Origin: Gemmatimonadota bacterium
GTDB lineage: Bacteria > Gemmatimonadota > Gemmatimonadetes > Longimicrobiales > RSA9
Assembly (NCBI GenBank): GCA_052389275.1
Contig: JBQTID010000073.1
Location: 3-64,002, forward strand
Direction: 5' to 3'
DNA: 64,000 nucleotides
The stretch's first letter is position 1, and every line of letters begins with the position of its first letter. Below, piece after piece: positions 47,291-58,324 of the stretch. A program made the position numbers and the translations under genes. Below the pieces are notes generated by a model that was not told the DNA's origin, searched no databases, and saw nothing but the letters and a program-made list of their open reading frames with translations.

Positions 47291-48597
47291 TGGGGGAACG
47301 CACCGTCGGCGCCCCGCGCGAAGCGCGGGAAGCATCTGTTACATACGCAGTAACGCGCACGCCGGAGCTCGCGGCCGGACGCAAGGCCGTGCGCATGCCG
47401 GTGCTGCCGCGGGGCATGGAGCCCGAGCTGCACGGTGAGCACATGCTCATCAATATCGGGCCGCAGCATCCCGCGACGCATGGCGTGCTGCGGCTGGTGC
47501 TGGAGCTGGACGGCGAAGTCGTCATTCGCTGCATTCCTCATATAGGCTATCTGCACTCGAGCTTCGAGAAGCTGGGCGAGTACCGCAACTGGAATCAGAT
47601 CATTCCGCTCACCGATCGCATGGACTACCTCGCGCCGCTGATCTACAACTGCGCATATGCCATGGCGGTCGAGAAGCTGATGGGCATCGAGGTCACGGAG
47701 CGCTGCAAGGTGGTGCGGGTCATTTGCATGGAGCTGGACCGCATCTTCAGCCATTTGCTCTGGCTCGGCACCACGGCGATCGATATTGGCGCGTTCACGG
47801 TCTTCCTGTGGACGTTCCAGGAACGCGAGAAGATCTACGATCTCCACGAGGCGTTCACAGGCGCGCGCATCACGACATCGGCGACGCGCATCGGCGGCAT
47901 GATGGCGGACCTGCCGGTCGGCTGGATCGACGCGCTGCAGCGTTTCGTCAACGAGTTTCCGCGCACGCTCGATGAAGTCGAAGCGATGCTGACCAAAAAC
48001 GGCCTGTGGGTCGGCCGCAACGCAGACATTGGCGTGATCAGTGCGGCGGATGCGTTGAGCTGCGGGCTGACTGGTGCGTGTCTGCGCGCGAGCGGTGTCT
48101 CGTATGACGTGCGCAAGGATCGGCCGTACTACGATTACGAGAGCTACGACTTCGACGTGATTCTCGGCGAGAAGGGCGACAACTACGACCGCTACCTGGT
48201 GCGCATGGAAGAGATGCGGCAGAGTCTGCGCATCCTTCAGCAGGCCATTGACCGGCTGCCGGGCGGTCCCATCAACGTCGACGATCCGCGTCTCATCCTA
48301 CCCGGCAAGACGGATGCAATGGCCGACATGGAATCGATGATCCATCACTTCAAGGTCGTGATGGAAGGTATCAAGGCGCCGGTCGGCGAGACCTGGTTCA
48401 GCGTGGAGAGTTCGAAGGGAGAGCTCGGCATGGGTCTCGTGAGCGATGGCGGCTCCAAGCCGGTGCGCTGGCGCGTGCGCGGTCCGAGCTTCGTCAACTT
48501 GTCGGCGCTGCCGAAGATGGTCGAAGGTCACTTGCTGTCCGATGTCATTGCAACCAACGCGAGTCTCGACATCGTCCTCGGTGAAATCGATCGATGA
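47290..48597 (+). CDS. nuoD: NADH-quinone oxidoreductase subunit D
   Basis: 435 aa. INIGPQHPATHGVLRL, DRMDY, C-terminal DIVLGEIDR. N-terminus about 35 aa longer than usual, so the start is uncertain. Confidence 0.92.
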   Translation: MGERTVGAPREAREASVTYAVTRTPELAAGRKAVRMPVLPRGMEPELHGEHMLINIGPQHPATHGVLRLVLELDGEVVIRCIPHIGYLHSSFEKLGEYRNWNQIIPLTDRMDYLAPLIYNCAYAMAVEKLMGIEVTERCKVVRVICMELDRIFSHLLWLGTTAIDIGAFTVFLWTFQEREKIYDLHEAFTGARITTSATRIGGMMADLPVGWIDALQRFVNEFPRTLDEVEAMLTKNGLWVGRNADIGVISAADALSCGLTGACLRASGVSYDVRKDRPYYDYESYDFDVILGEKGDNYDRYLVRMEEMRQSLRILQQAIDRLPGGPINVDDPRLILPGKTDAMADMESMIHHFKVVMEGIKAPVGETWFSVESSKGELGMGLVSDGGSKPVRWRVRGPSFVNLSALPKMVEGHLLSDVIATNASLDIVLGEIDR

Positions 48598-49277
48598 GTG
48601 AAAAAACACCGCTGAAGGGCGGCAATCCGGGGTGGGCCGGTGAATTGGGTGACTTCGCGAATCTGAAGGAAGAGGATGTGCGCGGCACGTCGTTCATTGG
48701 CAAGCGGCCGCTCGAGGGCGGTCCCGCCGGCGGCGCGGCAAGCTATCCGTACCAGCTCGCCGAGAAGCACCCGGAAGCGAAGCTGTTCGAGGGTCCATAC
48801 CGCGAACGTCTGAACAAAATCATTTCGCGCTACCCGGACAAGCAGGGCGCGCTGCTGCCGGTGCTCAACCTCGCGCAGGAGATCCACGGCTTCGTATCGC
48901 CGGACGACATGGCGATCGTTGCCCGCGAGCTGGATCTCTCATCCGCGTATGTGCGCGGCGTCGCGACCTTCTACACGATGTACAACCGCCGTCCGGTTGG
49001 TACGTACCTGATCCAGGTCTGCACGAATGTCGCGTGCAATCTGTGCGGCGCGGATGAAGTCATGAGCGCATTTCTCGAGCACACGCAAACCGAGCCGGGC
49101 GAAGAGTCGGCGGACAGCCTGTTCACGGTGATGGAAGCGGAATGCCTCGGCGCGTGCGGCTTTCCAACCTGCGTGCAGATCAACGAGCGCTACTTCGAGA
49201 ATGTCGAGCCGAAGGATGTGCCGCTCATCCTCGATCGTTTGCGGCGCGAATCGCCCAAATCGAACGGGAAGCACTGA
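48594..49277 (+). CDS. nuoE: NADH-quinone oxidoreductase subunit E
   Basis: 227 aa. ALLPVLNLAQE, VCTNVACNLCG, EAECLGACG (2Fe-2S). Confidence 0.9.
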   Translation: MSEKTPLKGGNPGWAGELGDFANLKEEDVRGTSFIGKRPLEGGPAGGAASYPYQLAEKHPEAKLFEGPYRERLNKIISRYPDKQGALLPVLNLAQEIHGFVSPDDMAIVARELDLSSAYVRGVATFYTMYNRRPVGTYLIQVCTNVACNLCGADEVMSAFLEHTQTEPGEESADSLFTVMEAECLGACGFPTCVQINERYFENVEPKDVPLILDRLRRESPKSNGKH

Positions 49278-50563
49278 TGGCTTATCCATACAAGCATCCC
49301 AAAGAGACCCTGGTGCTCAGCAAGTACTTGGGCGATCCCGCGGCGCGCACGGTGCAGGGGTGGCGCGAGCGAGGTGGCTGGCAGGCGCTCGAGAAGGCGC
49401 TGACGATGTCGCCTGAAGAAGTCGTGCAGCTGGTGAAGGACAGCGGTCTGCGCGGCCGCGGCGGCGCGGGCTTTCCGACCGGCGTCAAGTGGAGCTTCTT
49501 CAAGGATGATGGCAAGCCGCACTATCTGCTGATCAACGCGGATGAATCGGAGCCTGGCGCGTTCAAGGATCGCGAGCTGTGCCGCTGGACGCCGCAGCAG
49601 ATGATCGAAGGCGCGCTCATCTGCGCATACGCGATTCGCGCACAGCACGTATACATCTACATCCGCGGCGAATTCTTCGAGCCGGGGCAGATCGTGGGTC
49701 GCGCAATCGAGGAATGCTATGAGCAGGGCATTCTCGGCAACGACCTCAAAATCGACGTCACGCTGCACCTCGGCGCGGGCGCTTACATCTGCGGTGAAGA
49801 GACCGCGTTGATGAACTCGCTGGAAGGGCGGCGCGGCCAGCCGCGCATCAAGCCGCCGTATCCGGCGGTGGTCGGTGCATTCGGCATGCCGACCAATGTC
49901 AACAACGTCGAGACGTTGTGCGCGATTCCGCACATCATCAACAACGGCGCGGCGTGGTACAAGAGCTTCGGCACCGAGAAATCGCCAGGCACGAAACTCT
50001 TCAACGTGAGCGGGCACGTGGTGCGGCGCGGCAATTACGAGCTGCCGCTCGGCTTTCCGCTGATGGAGCTGATCGACGACGTGTGCGGCGGCATTCGGGA
50101 TGGCCGCAAGCTGAAAGCCGTAATTCCCGGTGGCAGCTCGGTGCCGATTCTGCACGCCGATGAGTGCGACATCAATCTCGACTACGAGAGCGTGGTCAAG
50201 GCGGGCAGCATGCTCGGCACCGCGTCCGTGATCGTGATGGACGACCAGACGTGCATGGTGAAGCAGGTGCGCCGCATGGTCGACTTCTACGCACACGAGT
50301 CGTGCGGCCAGTGCACACCGTGTCGTGAGGGCACGCAGTGGCTCGCGAAGATCCTCAAGCGCATCGAGGCTGGCCACGGCACGGAAGCGGATCTCGACGC
50401 AGCGCTCGATATAGGTAAGAACATGACCGGCACTACGATTTGTGTCTTGAGCGACTCGGCGGCGGCACCGACCGCCAGCTCGATCCAGAAGTTCCGGGAG
50501 GAATACATCGCGCACATTCGCGACGGCGTTTGTCCGTTTGGAAAGCGGCTCGCAAATGTCTGA
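49277..50563 (+). CDS. nuoF: NADH-quinone oxidoreductase subunit F
   Basis: In-frame part of ORF 49142..50563. ATG 49277 overlaps the nuoE stop (TGATG). GLRGRGGAGFPTG, NADESEPG, ESCGQCTPCREG. Confidence 0.93.
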   Translation: MAYPYKHPKETLVLSKYLGDPAARTVQGWRERGGWQALEKALTMSPEEVVQLVKDSGLRGRGGAGFPTGVKWSFFKDDGKPHYLLINADESEPGAFKDRELCRWTPQQMIEGALICAYAIRAQHVYIYIRGEFFEPGQIVGRAIEECYEQGILGNDLKIDVTLHLGAGAYICGEETALMNSLEGRRGQPRIKPPYPAVVGAFGMPTNVNNVETLCAIPHIINNGAAWYKSFGTEKSPGTKLFNVSGHVVRRGNYELPLGFPLMELIDDVCGGIRDGRKLKAVIPGGSSVPILHADECDINLDYESVVKAGSMLGTASVIVMDDQTCMVKQVRRMVDFYAHESCGQCTPCREGTQWLAKILKRIEAGHGTEADLDAALDIGKNMTGTTICVLSDSAAAPTASSIQKFREEYIAHIRDGVCPFGKRLANV

Positions 50564-52151
50564 AACCGTAAACATCACGATCGATGGAGTGCAGACGCAG
50601 GTCCCCAAGACCATGCGCATCATCGAAGCGGCCGAGAGTATCGGGAAGGGCATTGCGCACTACTGCTATCATCCGGCGTTGTCCGCGCCGGCGATGTGCC
50701 GCATGTGTCTGGTGGAGGTCGAAGGCGCGCCCAAGCTGGCGCCGGCATGCGTGACGCCAGTGGCGGAAGGGCAGGTCATTCACACCGAGAGCGAGAAGGC
50801 ACGCGAGGCGCGCCAGGGCACGCTCGAGTTCTACCTGGTGAATCATCCGCTCGACTGTCCGGTCTGTGACGCGGCCGGCGAGTGCAAGCTACAGGACTTC
50901 GTGCACGCGGAAGGGCGCAAGCACGGACGGTCGATCGAAGCCAAGCGCGTGCTCGGTGAGGATGATTTCGGCGGTGATGTGCTCTACGATGGCGACCGCT
51001 GCATTGTCTGCACGCGTTGCGTGCGCTTCATGCGCGAGATCGCCGGCAACGACGCGTTGTGCGTGGTGCAGCGCGGCCATCGCTCGATCATCGACACGTT
51101 CTTCGACCAGGGCGTCGAGGACGACATGTGGGCTGGCAACATCGTCGACATCTGTCCGGTCGGCGCGCTGCTCTCAAAGGATTTCCTGCACAAGGCGCGC
51201 GCATGGGACCTCGATAGCTCGCCATCGATCTGCCCGAACTGCTCGCAAGGCTGCAACATCAAGATCGACACGCGTGACAATCTGACGCAGCGCCTCAAGC
51301 CGCGGCTGAATTCCGCCGTTAACTCGTACTGGATGTGCGACTACGGCCGCCACAACTACGAGTGGTTCAACAATCAGGACCGCATCGAGGCGCCGCTCGT
51401 GCGTGAGGGCGGCAAGCTGAACGCTACCGGCTGGCAGCATGCGGTGGTCGCGCTGGTCGAGCGTCTGAAGCAGCTCGACAACGCCAAGGTCACCACAATC
51501 GCATCGCCGTTTTACGCTAACGAAGACGCCGGGCTGCTTGCGCGACTGGTCAGCGTTCTGGGTGGCGGTACACTGGCTTACCGTTCCGCGCGGAGCGAGG
51601 AAGTCATTTGCCCGGGCTTCCCGAAACTCGCGCGCCGGCGCGATCTCGCCGCCAATGTACGCGGGCTGGCTGCCATGGGCTATGAGCGCATCGGCGATGA
51701 TGCGGGCAACGGTGGCGAGTCAAAAACCGGCGGCAACGTATTGATCGTGCTCGGCGACGAGCTCGAAGATCTCGGCGCAAACGCGTGCGGCAACGCTGAT
51801 CTCTTCATTTACTTCGGCACGAAACCGGTGGCCGCGATGCGGGACGCCGATTTCGTGCTGCCGATTACGACGTTCGCGGAACAGGAAGGCACCTTCACGA
51901 ACTTCGAGGGACGCGTGCAGCGCTTCTGGCCGGCGCTCCAGCCGCCGCCGCTCGCACGTCCGGCGTGGCAGGTCCTCGGTGTGTTGTTGTCCGGCCTCGG
52001 CGACGGCGATGCGCCTGCCTCGGCGGCGAGCGCATTCCTGCGGCTCGGACAGCTGCATGAGGAATTTGCCGGCCTTTCCTACGACACGATTGGATCGCAG
52101 GGTGCGCTGATCAACGAGCCCGTGAAAATTGGCGGCGGTGCCCGTGCATGA
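50556..52151 (+). CDS. nuoG: NADH-quinone oxidoreductase subunit G (short form)
   Basis: In-frame part of ORF 50538..52151. Start ATG 50556 (MSETVNITIDG). CYHPALSAPAMCRMC, HPLDCPVCDAAGEC, CIVCTRCVRF. Confidence 0.9.
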   Translation: MSETVNITIDGVQTQVPKTMRIIEAAESIGKGIAHYCYHPALSAPAMCRMCLVEVEGAPKLAPACVTPVAEGQVIHTESEKAREARQGTLEFYLVNHPLDCPVCDAAGECKLQDFVHAEGRKHGRSIEAKRVLGEDDFGGDVLYDGDRCIVCTRCVRFMREIAGNDALCVVQRGHRSIIDTFFDQGVEDDMWAGNIVDICPVGALLSKDFLHKARAWDLDSSPSICPNCSQGCNIKIDTRDNLTQRLKPRLNSAVNSYWMCDYGRHNYEWFNNQDRIEAPLVREGGKLNATGWQHAVVALVERLKQLDNAKVTTIASPFYANEDAGLLARLVSVLGGGTLAYRSARSEEVICPGFPKLARRRDLAANVRGLAAMGYERIGDDAGNGGESKTGGNVLIVLGDELEDLGANACGNADLFIYFGTKPVAAMRDADFVLPITTFAEQEGTFTNFEGRVQRFWPALQPPPLARPAWQVLGVLLSGLGDGDAPASAASAFLRLGQLHEEFAGLSYDTIGSQGALINEPVKIGGGARA

Positions 52152-53427
52152 GATAGGCGCGCTCTCACCGACCGCGTTGCTGATCGCGTCGAGTATCAAG
52201 ATCACGACGATATTTACCGTGATCATGGTGACCGTCGCGTTGCTCACGCTCGCGGAGAGGCGTATTTCGGCGTTCATCCAGGACCGCCTGGGGCCGAACC
52301 GCGTCGGGCCGGCCGGCATTCTCCAGCCGCTCGCGGATGGTCTCAAGAACATCATGAAGGAGGAGACGTTCCCGCGTCAGGCCTCGCGCGTGTACTTCAT
52401 CCTCGCGCCGATGATAGCGATCGTGCCCGCGCTCATGACGATGGCGGTCGTGCCGCTGGCGGCGCCGCTGCCGACGCCCTGGGGCCTCGTCGACATGATC
52501 ATTGCTGACCTGCCGATCGGCATCCTCTACATCCTCGCGTTGACCAGCCTCGGCGTGTACGGCGTGGTCATGGCGGGCTGGTCATCGAACAACAAGTACA
52601 GCTTCCTCGGCGGTCTGCGCGCGAGCGCTCAGATGGTGAGCTATGAGGTTGCGCTCGGCATGAGCCTGATCCCGATCTTCATGCTTGCCGGCAATGTGAC
52701 ACTGACGCAGATCGTCTGGACGCAGCAGGAAGGCCTCGGCCTCTGGCTGGCGTTCCCGCTCGGTCTCTCGTTTTTGATTTTCGTGTGCGCCGCGTTCGCC
52801 GAGACCAACCGCTTGCCGTTCGACGTCGCCGAGGCGGAGTCCGAGCTGATCACCGGCTATCACACCGAGTACTCGTCGATGAAGTTCAGCATGTTTCCGA
52901 TCGCCGAATACTCGAACATGCTGACCGCATCCGCGCTGATGGCTACGCTGTTCTTCGGCGGCTGGGATTTGCCGGGCAGTTGGGACAACATGCGGGTGGT
53001 TGCGCCCGGCGTCGTCGAAGGTGCGGAACCGGCGTGGTGGAAGACGCTGCTGACGCTGGGCGCGTTCGCGGCCAAGACCCTGTTCTTCTGTTTTGTCTAC
53101 ATCTGGGTGCGCTGGACGGTACCGCGCTTCCGCTACGATCAGATCATGGATCTGGGGTGGAAGGTGTTGCTGCCGACCGCGCTCGCCTACATCACGCTGA
53201 TGGGCACGGCGATTCTCGTGCTCGATGCAATGGCATTGCGGTTCGGGCTACTTTACGGCCTGATTCTGACGGTTGTGAATCTGGCCGCGACCGCGGTATT
53301 CGTGTTCGTGCTCGATCGCGGCCGCACCATCACCGGCTCGTATGGCAATCGTCGTGACGTGCTCGAAGCAGACTGGAAAGACCGCGCGCCGATCAACGTG
53401 CGCGCGCGCGAAGGAGAAAAGGTCTAA
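52129..53427 (+). CDS. nuoH: NADH-quinone oxidoreductase subunit H (long C-terminal tail)
   Basis: 432 aa. AERRISAFIQDRLGPNRVGP, FAETNRLPFDVAEAESEL, YSSMKF. Start ambiguous (TTG 52129, or GTG 52138/52144). Confidence 0.9.
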   Translation: MAAVPVHEIGALSPTALLIASSIKITTIFTVIMVTVALLTLAERRISAFIQDRLGPNRVGPAGILQPLADGLKNIMKEETFPRQASRVYFILAPMIAIVPALMTMAVVPLAAPLPTPWGLVDMIIADLPIGILYILALTSLGVYGVVMAGWSSNNKYSFLGGLRASAQMVSYEVALGMSLIPIFMLAGNVTLTQIVWTQQEGLGLWLAFPLGLSFLIFVCAAFAETNRLPFDVAEAESELITGYHTEYSSMKFSMFPIAEYSNMLTASALMATLFFGGWDLPGSWDNMRVVAPGVVEGAEPAWWKTLLTLGAFAAKTLFFCFVYIWVRWTVPRFRYDQIMDLGWKVLLPTALAYITLMGTAILVLDAMALRFGLLYGLILTVVNLAATAVFVFVLDRGRTITGSYGNRRDVLEADWKDRAPINVRAREGEKV

Positions 53428-53918
53428 ATGATAGGCGTTCGTACGGTCAAACGGCCGGAGGGCGAATCCTCGTATTTGCGCGCGACCCTTAAGGGAATGG
53501 CGTTGACGTTCAGGCACCTGGTCGATCCGCGCAAAGTCACGCTCCAGTATCCGGATGAGAAGCCGACGCTGTCACCGCGCTGGCGCGGTACACACGTCAT
53601 GGAGAAGCATGCGGATGGCCGGCCGAAATGCGTGGCGTGCGGGCTGTGTCCGACGGTCTGCCCATCGAATTGCATCCGGCTCGTGCCGGGTGAAGACGAT
53701 CAGGGTAACCGCTACCCGATTGTTTATGAGATCGACGAGTTCCGCTGCGTTTACTGCGGCATGTGTCAGGAAGTCTGCCCGGTGGAAGCAATTCATCTCG
53801 GGCAGGACTATGAGAACTCGGAGTTTACGCGCGACCGCTTCATCTACGATCTGGATCGCCTGATGGCGCAGGACCACCCGGTCACGGCGCTCTGGGATCC
53901 TTCCGATCCGCTCGGCCA

Positions 53919-53922
<4 letters not shown>
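53428..53922 (+). CDS. nuoI: NADH-quinone oxidoreductase subunit I
   Basis: 164 aa. Two 4Fe-4S motifs, CVACGLCPTVCP and CVYCGMCQEVCP. Confidence 0.93.
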
Positions 53923-54434
<512 letters not shown>

Positions 54435-54435
54435 G

Positions 54436-54729
54436 ATGCTGACTCTGTCACTCGCGCTCTCCGCGATCCTGTTTTCGCTCGGCGTGTTCGGTGTGCTGAT
54501 TCGCCGCAATGCGATCATTCTGTTCATGTGCATCGAGTTGATGCTCAACGCAGTCAACCTGGCTTTTGTTGTGTTCTCACGCACGGTCGGCATCGAGGGG
54601 CAGGTCTTCGTCTTCTTCGTCATGGCGGTGGCCGCCGCTGAGGCCGCAGTCGGTCTTGCACTCGTCATATCGATCTTCCGCCATGCGGAGACGGTCGATA
54701 CCCGAAACTTCAATCTGCTGAGGTGGTAG
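54436..54729 (+). CDS. nuoK: NADH-quinone oxidoreductase subunit K
   Basis: 97 aa. [26 protein letters not shown]. Confidence 0.9.
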   Translation: MLTLSLALSAILFSLGVFGVLIRRNAIILFMCIELMLNAVNLAFVVFSRTVGIEGQVFVFFVMAVAAAEAAVGLALVISIFRHAETVDTRNFNLLRW

Positions 54730-56762
54730 TGGAACACGCCTTCGAGCCGACGCTCCTCTGGGCAATCGTTCTGCTGCCGCTGCTCGGCTTCGTCGTGAAT
54801 GGCGTCGCGGCGTTCGCGGCGCCGGAGCGCAAGATCATGCCAACGATCGTGGGCCCGGGCGTCATCGCCGTAGCCCTCGTGATCGCGGTGATCAACTTCC
54901 TCGGCATGAACGGAGCGCACCTCGAGGAACCGATCACGGAGTTCTACTGGTCGTGGATGCCGGTCGGCAATCTTCAGGTCGCGGCTTCTTTCCAGCTCGA
55001 CCAGCTGTCGATGCTGATGACACTGATCGTCACCGGCGTGGGTTTCCTGATCCACGTCTACAGCATCGGCTACATGCATGACGATCCGGGTTATGCGCGC
55101 TACTTCGCGTATATCAACCTGTTCATTTTCTTCATGCTGATCCTGGTGCTCGGCTCGAACTTCCCACTCATGTTCGTCGGCTGGGAAGGGGTTGGGCTGT
55201 GCAGCTATCTGCTGATCGGGTTCTGGTTCAAGGACCGCGAAAAAGCTGATGCTGGCAAGAAGGCCTTCATCGTCAACCGGATCGGGGACTTCGGCTTCAT
55301 TGTCGCGATGATGCTGATCTTCACGAATCTCGGCACTCTCGAGTTCACGGAAGTATTCGCAGCCGCGCCGAACGCGTTCGCATACGGCAGCGCGGTCGTC
55401 ACGGTAATCACACTGTTTCTGTTCCTGGGCGCGACCGGCAAGAGCGCGCAGATTCCCCTTTATACCTGGCTGCCTGACGCAATGGCCGGCCCGACGCCGG
55501 TCAGCGCGCTGATCCATGCCGCGACCATGGTCACCGCGGGTGTTTACATGGTCGCGCGCTGTAGCGTGCTGTTCGCGCTGGCGCCGACCAGCATGATGGT
55601 GGTGGCGGGCATCGGCGCGCTGACCGCGCTGTTCGCTGCGACCATTGGTCTCAAGCAGTACGACATCAAGAAAGTCCTGGCTTATTCGACGGTCTCACAG
55701 CTCGGCTACATGTTCATGGGCGTAGGTGTCGGCGCCTATACCGCCGGCATTTTCCACCTGATGACGCACGCGTTCTTCAAGGCACTGCTGTTCCTTGGTG
55801 CGGGCGCCGTGATCCACAGCATGCACCACGCGCTGCATCACACGCACAAGGACTGGGACGCGCAGGACATGCGCAACATGGGTGGGCTCAAGAACCACAT
55901 GAAGATCACGTGGATCACGATGTGGATCGGCACGCTCGCGATCGCGGGCATTTGGCCCTTTGCCGGCTTCTTCTCGAAGGACGAAATCATCTGGCAGACC
56001 GCGGCCCGCGCGGTCGGCCCCTTCAAGGGTTTGTTCACGCTCTACTGGATCATGGCGTTGGCGGCAGCGATGCTGACCGCATTCTACATGACGCGGCTGA
56101 TGATCATGACCTTTCACGGCGACAACCGGACTGGTGAAAAGGAGCGCGCGCACTTGCACGAAGCTCCGGCCGTCATGTACGTGCCCCTGATCATTCTCGC
56201 GATCGCATCGGTGGTTGGCGGCTGGCTGAACGTGCCGGCCGCGCTCAAGAACACGCCATTGCTTGGCTGGGTGCCCGGCTCCGAGTGGCTGCACGACTGG
56301 CTGCATCCGGTCACTGCCGCCGCCGATCAGGTAATCGAGACGCAGGTTGGCGAAGTCGCACACGCCGCGCCGCTCGGCGGCGGCGAGGCAATGTGGGCGG
56401 CAATCTCGTTCCTGATCGCCACCGCCGTCGTCATCATAGCCGCGCGCCAGCTGGTGAAGCGTGACCGCAGGCCGGCCACCGAGTCTGCGCTGCCGACCGG
56501 TTTCGCGCGCGTCCTGTACAACAAGTGGTATGTCGACGAGTTCTACGATCGCGCCGTCGTAAAGCCGGTCGTTCGAGCCTCGCACGCGGCGTGGCGCTAC
56601 ATCGACCAGGGGCTGATCGATGGTATCGTCAACGGCGCCGGCTGGGCGTCACGCTCACTCGGCTGGGCCGGCTCGCGCATGCAAACCGGACAGATCAATA
56701 CGTACGCGTTCGCGATCGTAGTGGGCGTGTTGTTCGTCCTCGGCTTCATGGTGTTGATCTAA
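54723..56762 (+). CDS. nuoL: NADH-quinone oxidoreductase subunit L
   Basis: 679 aa, GTG start. [47 protein letters not shown]. Confidence 0.92.
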   Translation: MVVEHAFEPTLLWAIVLLPLLGFVVNGVAAFAAPERKIMPTIVGPGVIAVALVIAVINFLGMNGAHLEEPITEFYWSWMPVGNLQVAASFQLDQLSMLMTLIVTGVGFLIHVYSIGYMHDDPGYARYFAYINLFIFFMLILVLGSNFPLMFVGWEGVGLCSYLLIGFWFKDREKADAGKKAFIVNRIGDFGFIVAMMLIFTNLGTLEFTEVFAAAPNAFAYGSAVVTVITLFLFLGATGKSAQIPLYTWLPDAMAGPTPVSALIHAATMVTAGVYMVARCSVLFALAPTSMMVVAGIGALTALFAATIGLKQYDIKKVLAYSTVSQLGYMFMGVGVGAYTAGIFHLMTHAFFKALLFLGAGAVIHSMHHALHHTHKDWDAQDMRNMGGLKNHMKITWITMWIGTLAIAGIWPFAGFFSKDEIIWQTAARAVGPFKGLFTLYWIMALAAAMLTAFYMTRLMIMTFHGDNRTGEKERAHLHEAPAVMYVPLIILAIASVVGGWLNVPAALKNTPLLGWVPGSEWLHDWLHPVTAAADQVIETQVGEVAHAAPLGGGEAMWAAISFLIATAVVIIAARQLVKRDRRPATESALPTGFARVLYNKWYVDEFYDRAVVKPVVRASHAAWRYIDQGLIDGIVNGAGWASRSLGWAGSRMQTGQINTYAFAIVVGVLFVLGFMVLI

Positions 56763-58324
56763 TGAGCGCGTTCTTCGATAGCATTCTGTATGCGCGCTGG
56801 GGGCTGCACTTCCTCATCTGGTTCCCGGTTGTCGCGATGCTGCTGGTACTGTTTGCGCAGGAAGCGCGTGCCAGGCACATCGCGCTGGCCGCCGCGACGC
56901 TCGAGTTCGTGGTTTCGCTGCCGCTCTGGTTCCTGTTCCAGGACAGCTCGGCCCAGATGCAGTTCGGAACCGTGACGCCGTGGATTCCGCAGTGGGGCAT
57001 CAGCTACCGCGTCGGCGTCGACGGCATCAGCATGCTGCTGGTATTGCTGACGACTTTCCTGTGGCCGCTCACCATCCTCGGTTCCTTCAGGTACATCGCG
57101 CGTCGCGAAAAGGCATTCTACGCAATGATGCTGTTGCTGCTGACCGGCGTCATCGGCGTCTTCGTAGCAGCGGATCTGTTCCTGTTCTTCATGTTCTGGG
57201 AGATCATGCTGGTGCCGATGTATTTCATCATCGGCATCTGGGGCGGCGAGCGTCGTGTCTACGCGGCCATCAAGTTCTTCCTCTACACCGCGCTCGGCTC
57301 GCTGCTGATGCTGGTCGGCATTCTGTATCTGTTCTTCAAGTACAAGTCGCTCGCGGGTGTGCCGTCCTTTGCCTACGCGGACCTGATGCAGCTGCCGCTC
57401 AGCTTCAAGGAGCAGGTTTGGCTTTTCACCGCGTTCGCGCTGGCGTTCTCGGTCAAGGTGCCGCTCTTCCCGTTCCACACCTGGCTGCCCGACGCGCACG
57501 TGGAGGCGCCCACGCCGGGATCGGTGGTGCTGGCCGCCGTGCTGCTGAAGCTGGGTGCGTTCGGCTACCTCCGCTTCCTGCTGCCGCTGTTCCCGGACGC
57601 GGCGACGCATCCGACCGTAGTCGGCGTCCTGATCTTCTGCGCGCTCGCCGGCATCATCTACGCCGCCTGGGTCGCGGCCGTGCAGCCCGACGCGAAAAAG
57701 CTGGTCGCCTACACTTCGGTTGCGCACATGGGCTTCGTCGTGCTCGGCATCTTCGCGTTCACATTGCAAGGTGTGCAGGGCGCAATGATGGTCATGCTGT
57801 CGCACGGCCTGTCGACCGGCGCGCTCTTCCTGCTGCTCGGCATGTTGTACGAGCGACGCCACTCGCGCGCGATTGCTGATTTCGGCGGTCTCGCGTCGGT
57901 GGCGCCTCTGTTCGGCACGGTTTTCGTCATCACCGCGCTGGCGAGCATCGGGCTGCCGGGCACGAGCGGATTCGTCGGCGAATTCCTGGCGCTGGTTGGC
58001 GCGTTCCAGACGCATCCATGGGCGGCAACGGTTGCCGCCACCGGCGTGATTTTCGCCGCTTATTACATGCTGCCGATGGTTCAGCGCATCTGGTTCAATC
58101 AGCTCGACAAGGACGAGAACGCTCAGCTTCCAGATCTCAGCCGGCGTGAGCTGGTCGTGCTTGGTCCGCTCGTCGCATTCATGATCATCATGGGCGTCTA
58201 CCCGAAGCCGTTCCTCGAGAAATCCGAGGTCACCGTGATGCAGCTCTTGCAGACCGTCGAGGCGAAGCGCGCCGGACCCGGCATCATCGGCATGACGAAT
58301 GACACGGAGCCCACGCGGCCATGA
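56762..58324 (+). CDS. nuoM: NADH-quinone oxidoreductase subunit M
   Basis: In-frame part of ORF 56525..58324. ATG 56762 overlaps the nuoL stop (TAATG). FWEIMLVPMYFIIGIWGG, PFHTWLPDAHVEAPTPGSV. Confidence 0.92.
   Translation: MSAFFDSILYARWGLHFLIWFPVVAMLLVLFAQEARARHIALAAATLEFVVSLPLWFLFQDSSAQMQFGTVTPWIPQWGISYRVGVDGISMLLVLLTTFLWPLTILGSFRYIARREKAFYAMMLLLLTGVIGVFVAADLFLFFMFWEIMLVPMYFIIGIWGGERRVYAAIKFFLYTALGSLLMLVGILYLFFKYKSLAGVPSFAYADLMQLPLSFKEQVWLFTAFALAFSVKVPLFPFHTWLPDAHVEAPTPGSVVLAAVLLKLGAFGYLRFLLPLFPDAATHPTVVGVLIFCALAGIIYAAWVAAVQPDAKKLVAYTSVAHMGFVVLGIFAFTLQGVQGAMMVMLSHGLSTGALFLLLGMLYERRHSRAIADFGGLASVAPLFGTVFVITALASIGLPGTSGFVGEFLALVGAFQTHPWAATVAATGVIFAAYYMLPMVQRIWFNQLDKDENAQLPDLSRRELVVLGPLVAFMIIMGVYPKPFLEKSEVTVMQLLQTVEAKRAGPGIIGMTNDTEPTRP

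Noticed and set aside
49190-50653. Long antisense ORFs opposite real genes (this one 487 aa opposite nuoF; also 2796-4034, 6267-7745, 14337-15299, 21647-22597, 54240-55517, 56759-58015 and others)
   Set aside because: These are typical high-GC artefacts: Arg/Ala/His-rich low-complexity translations with no motifs. The opposite strand carries unmistakable conserved proteins.
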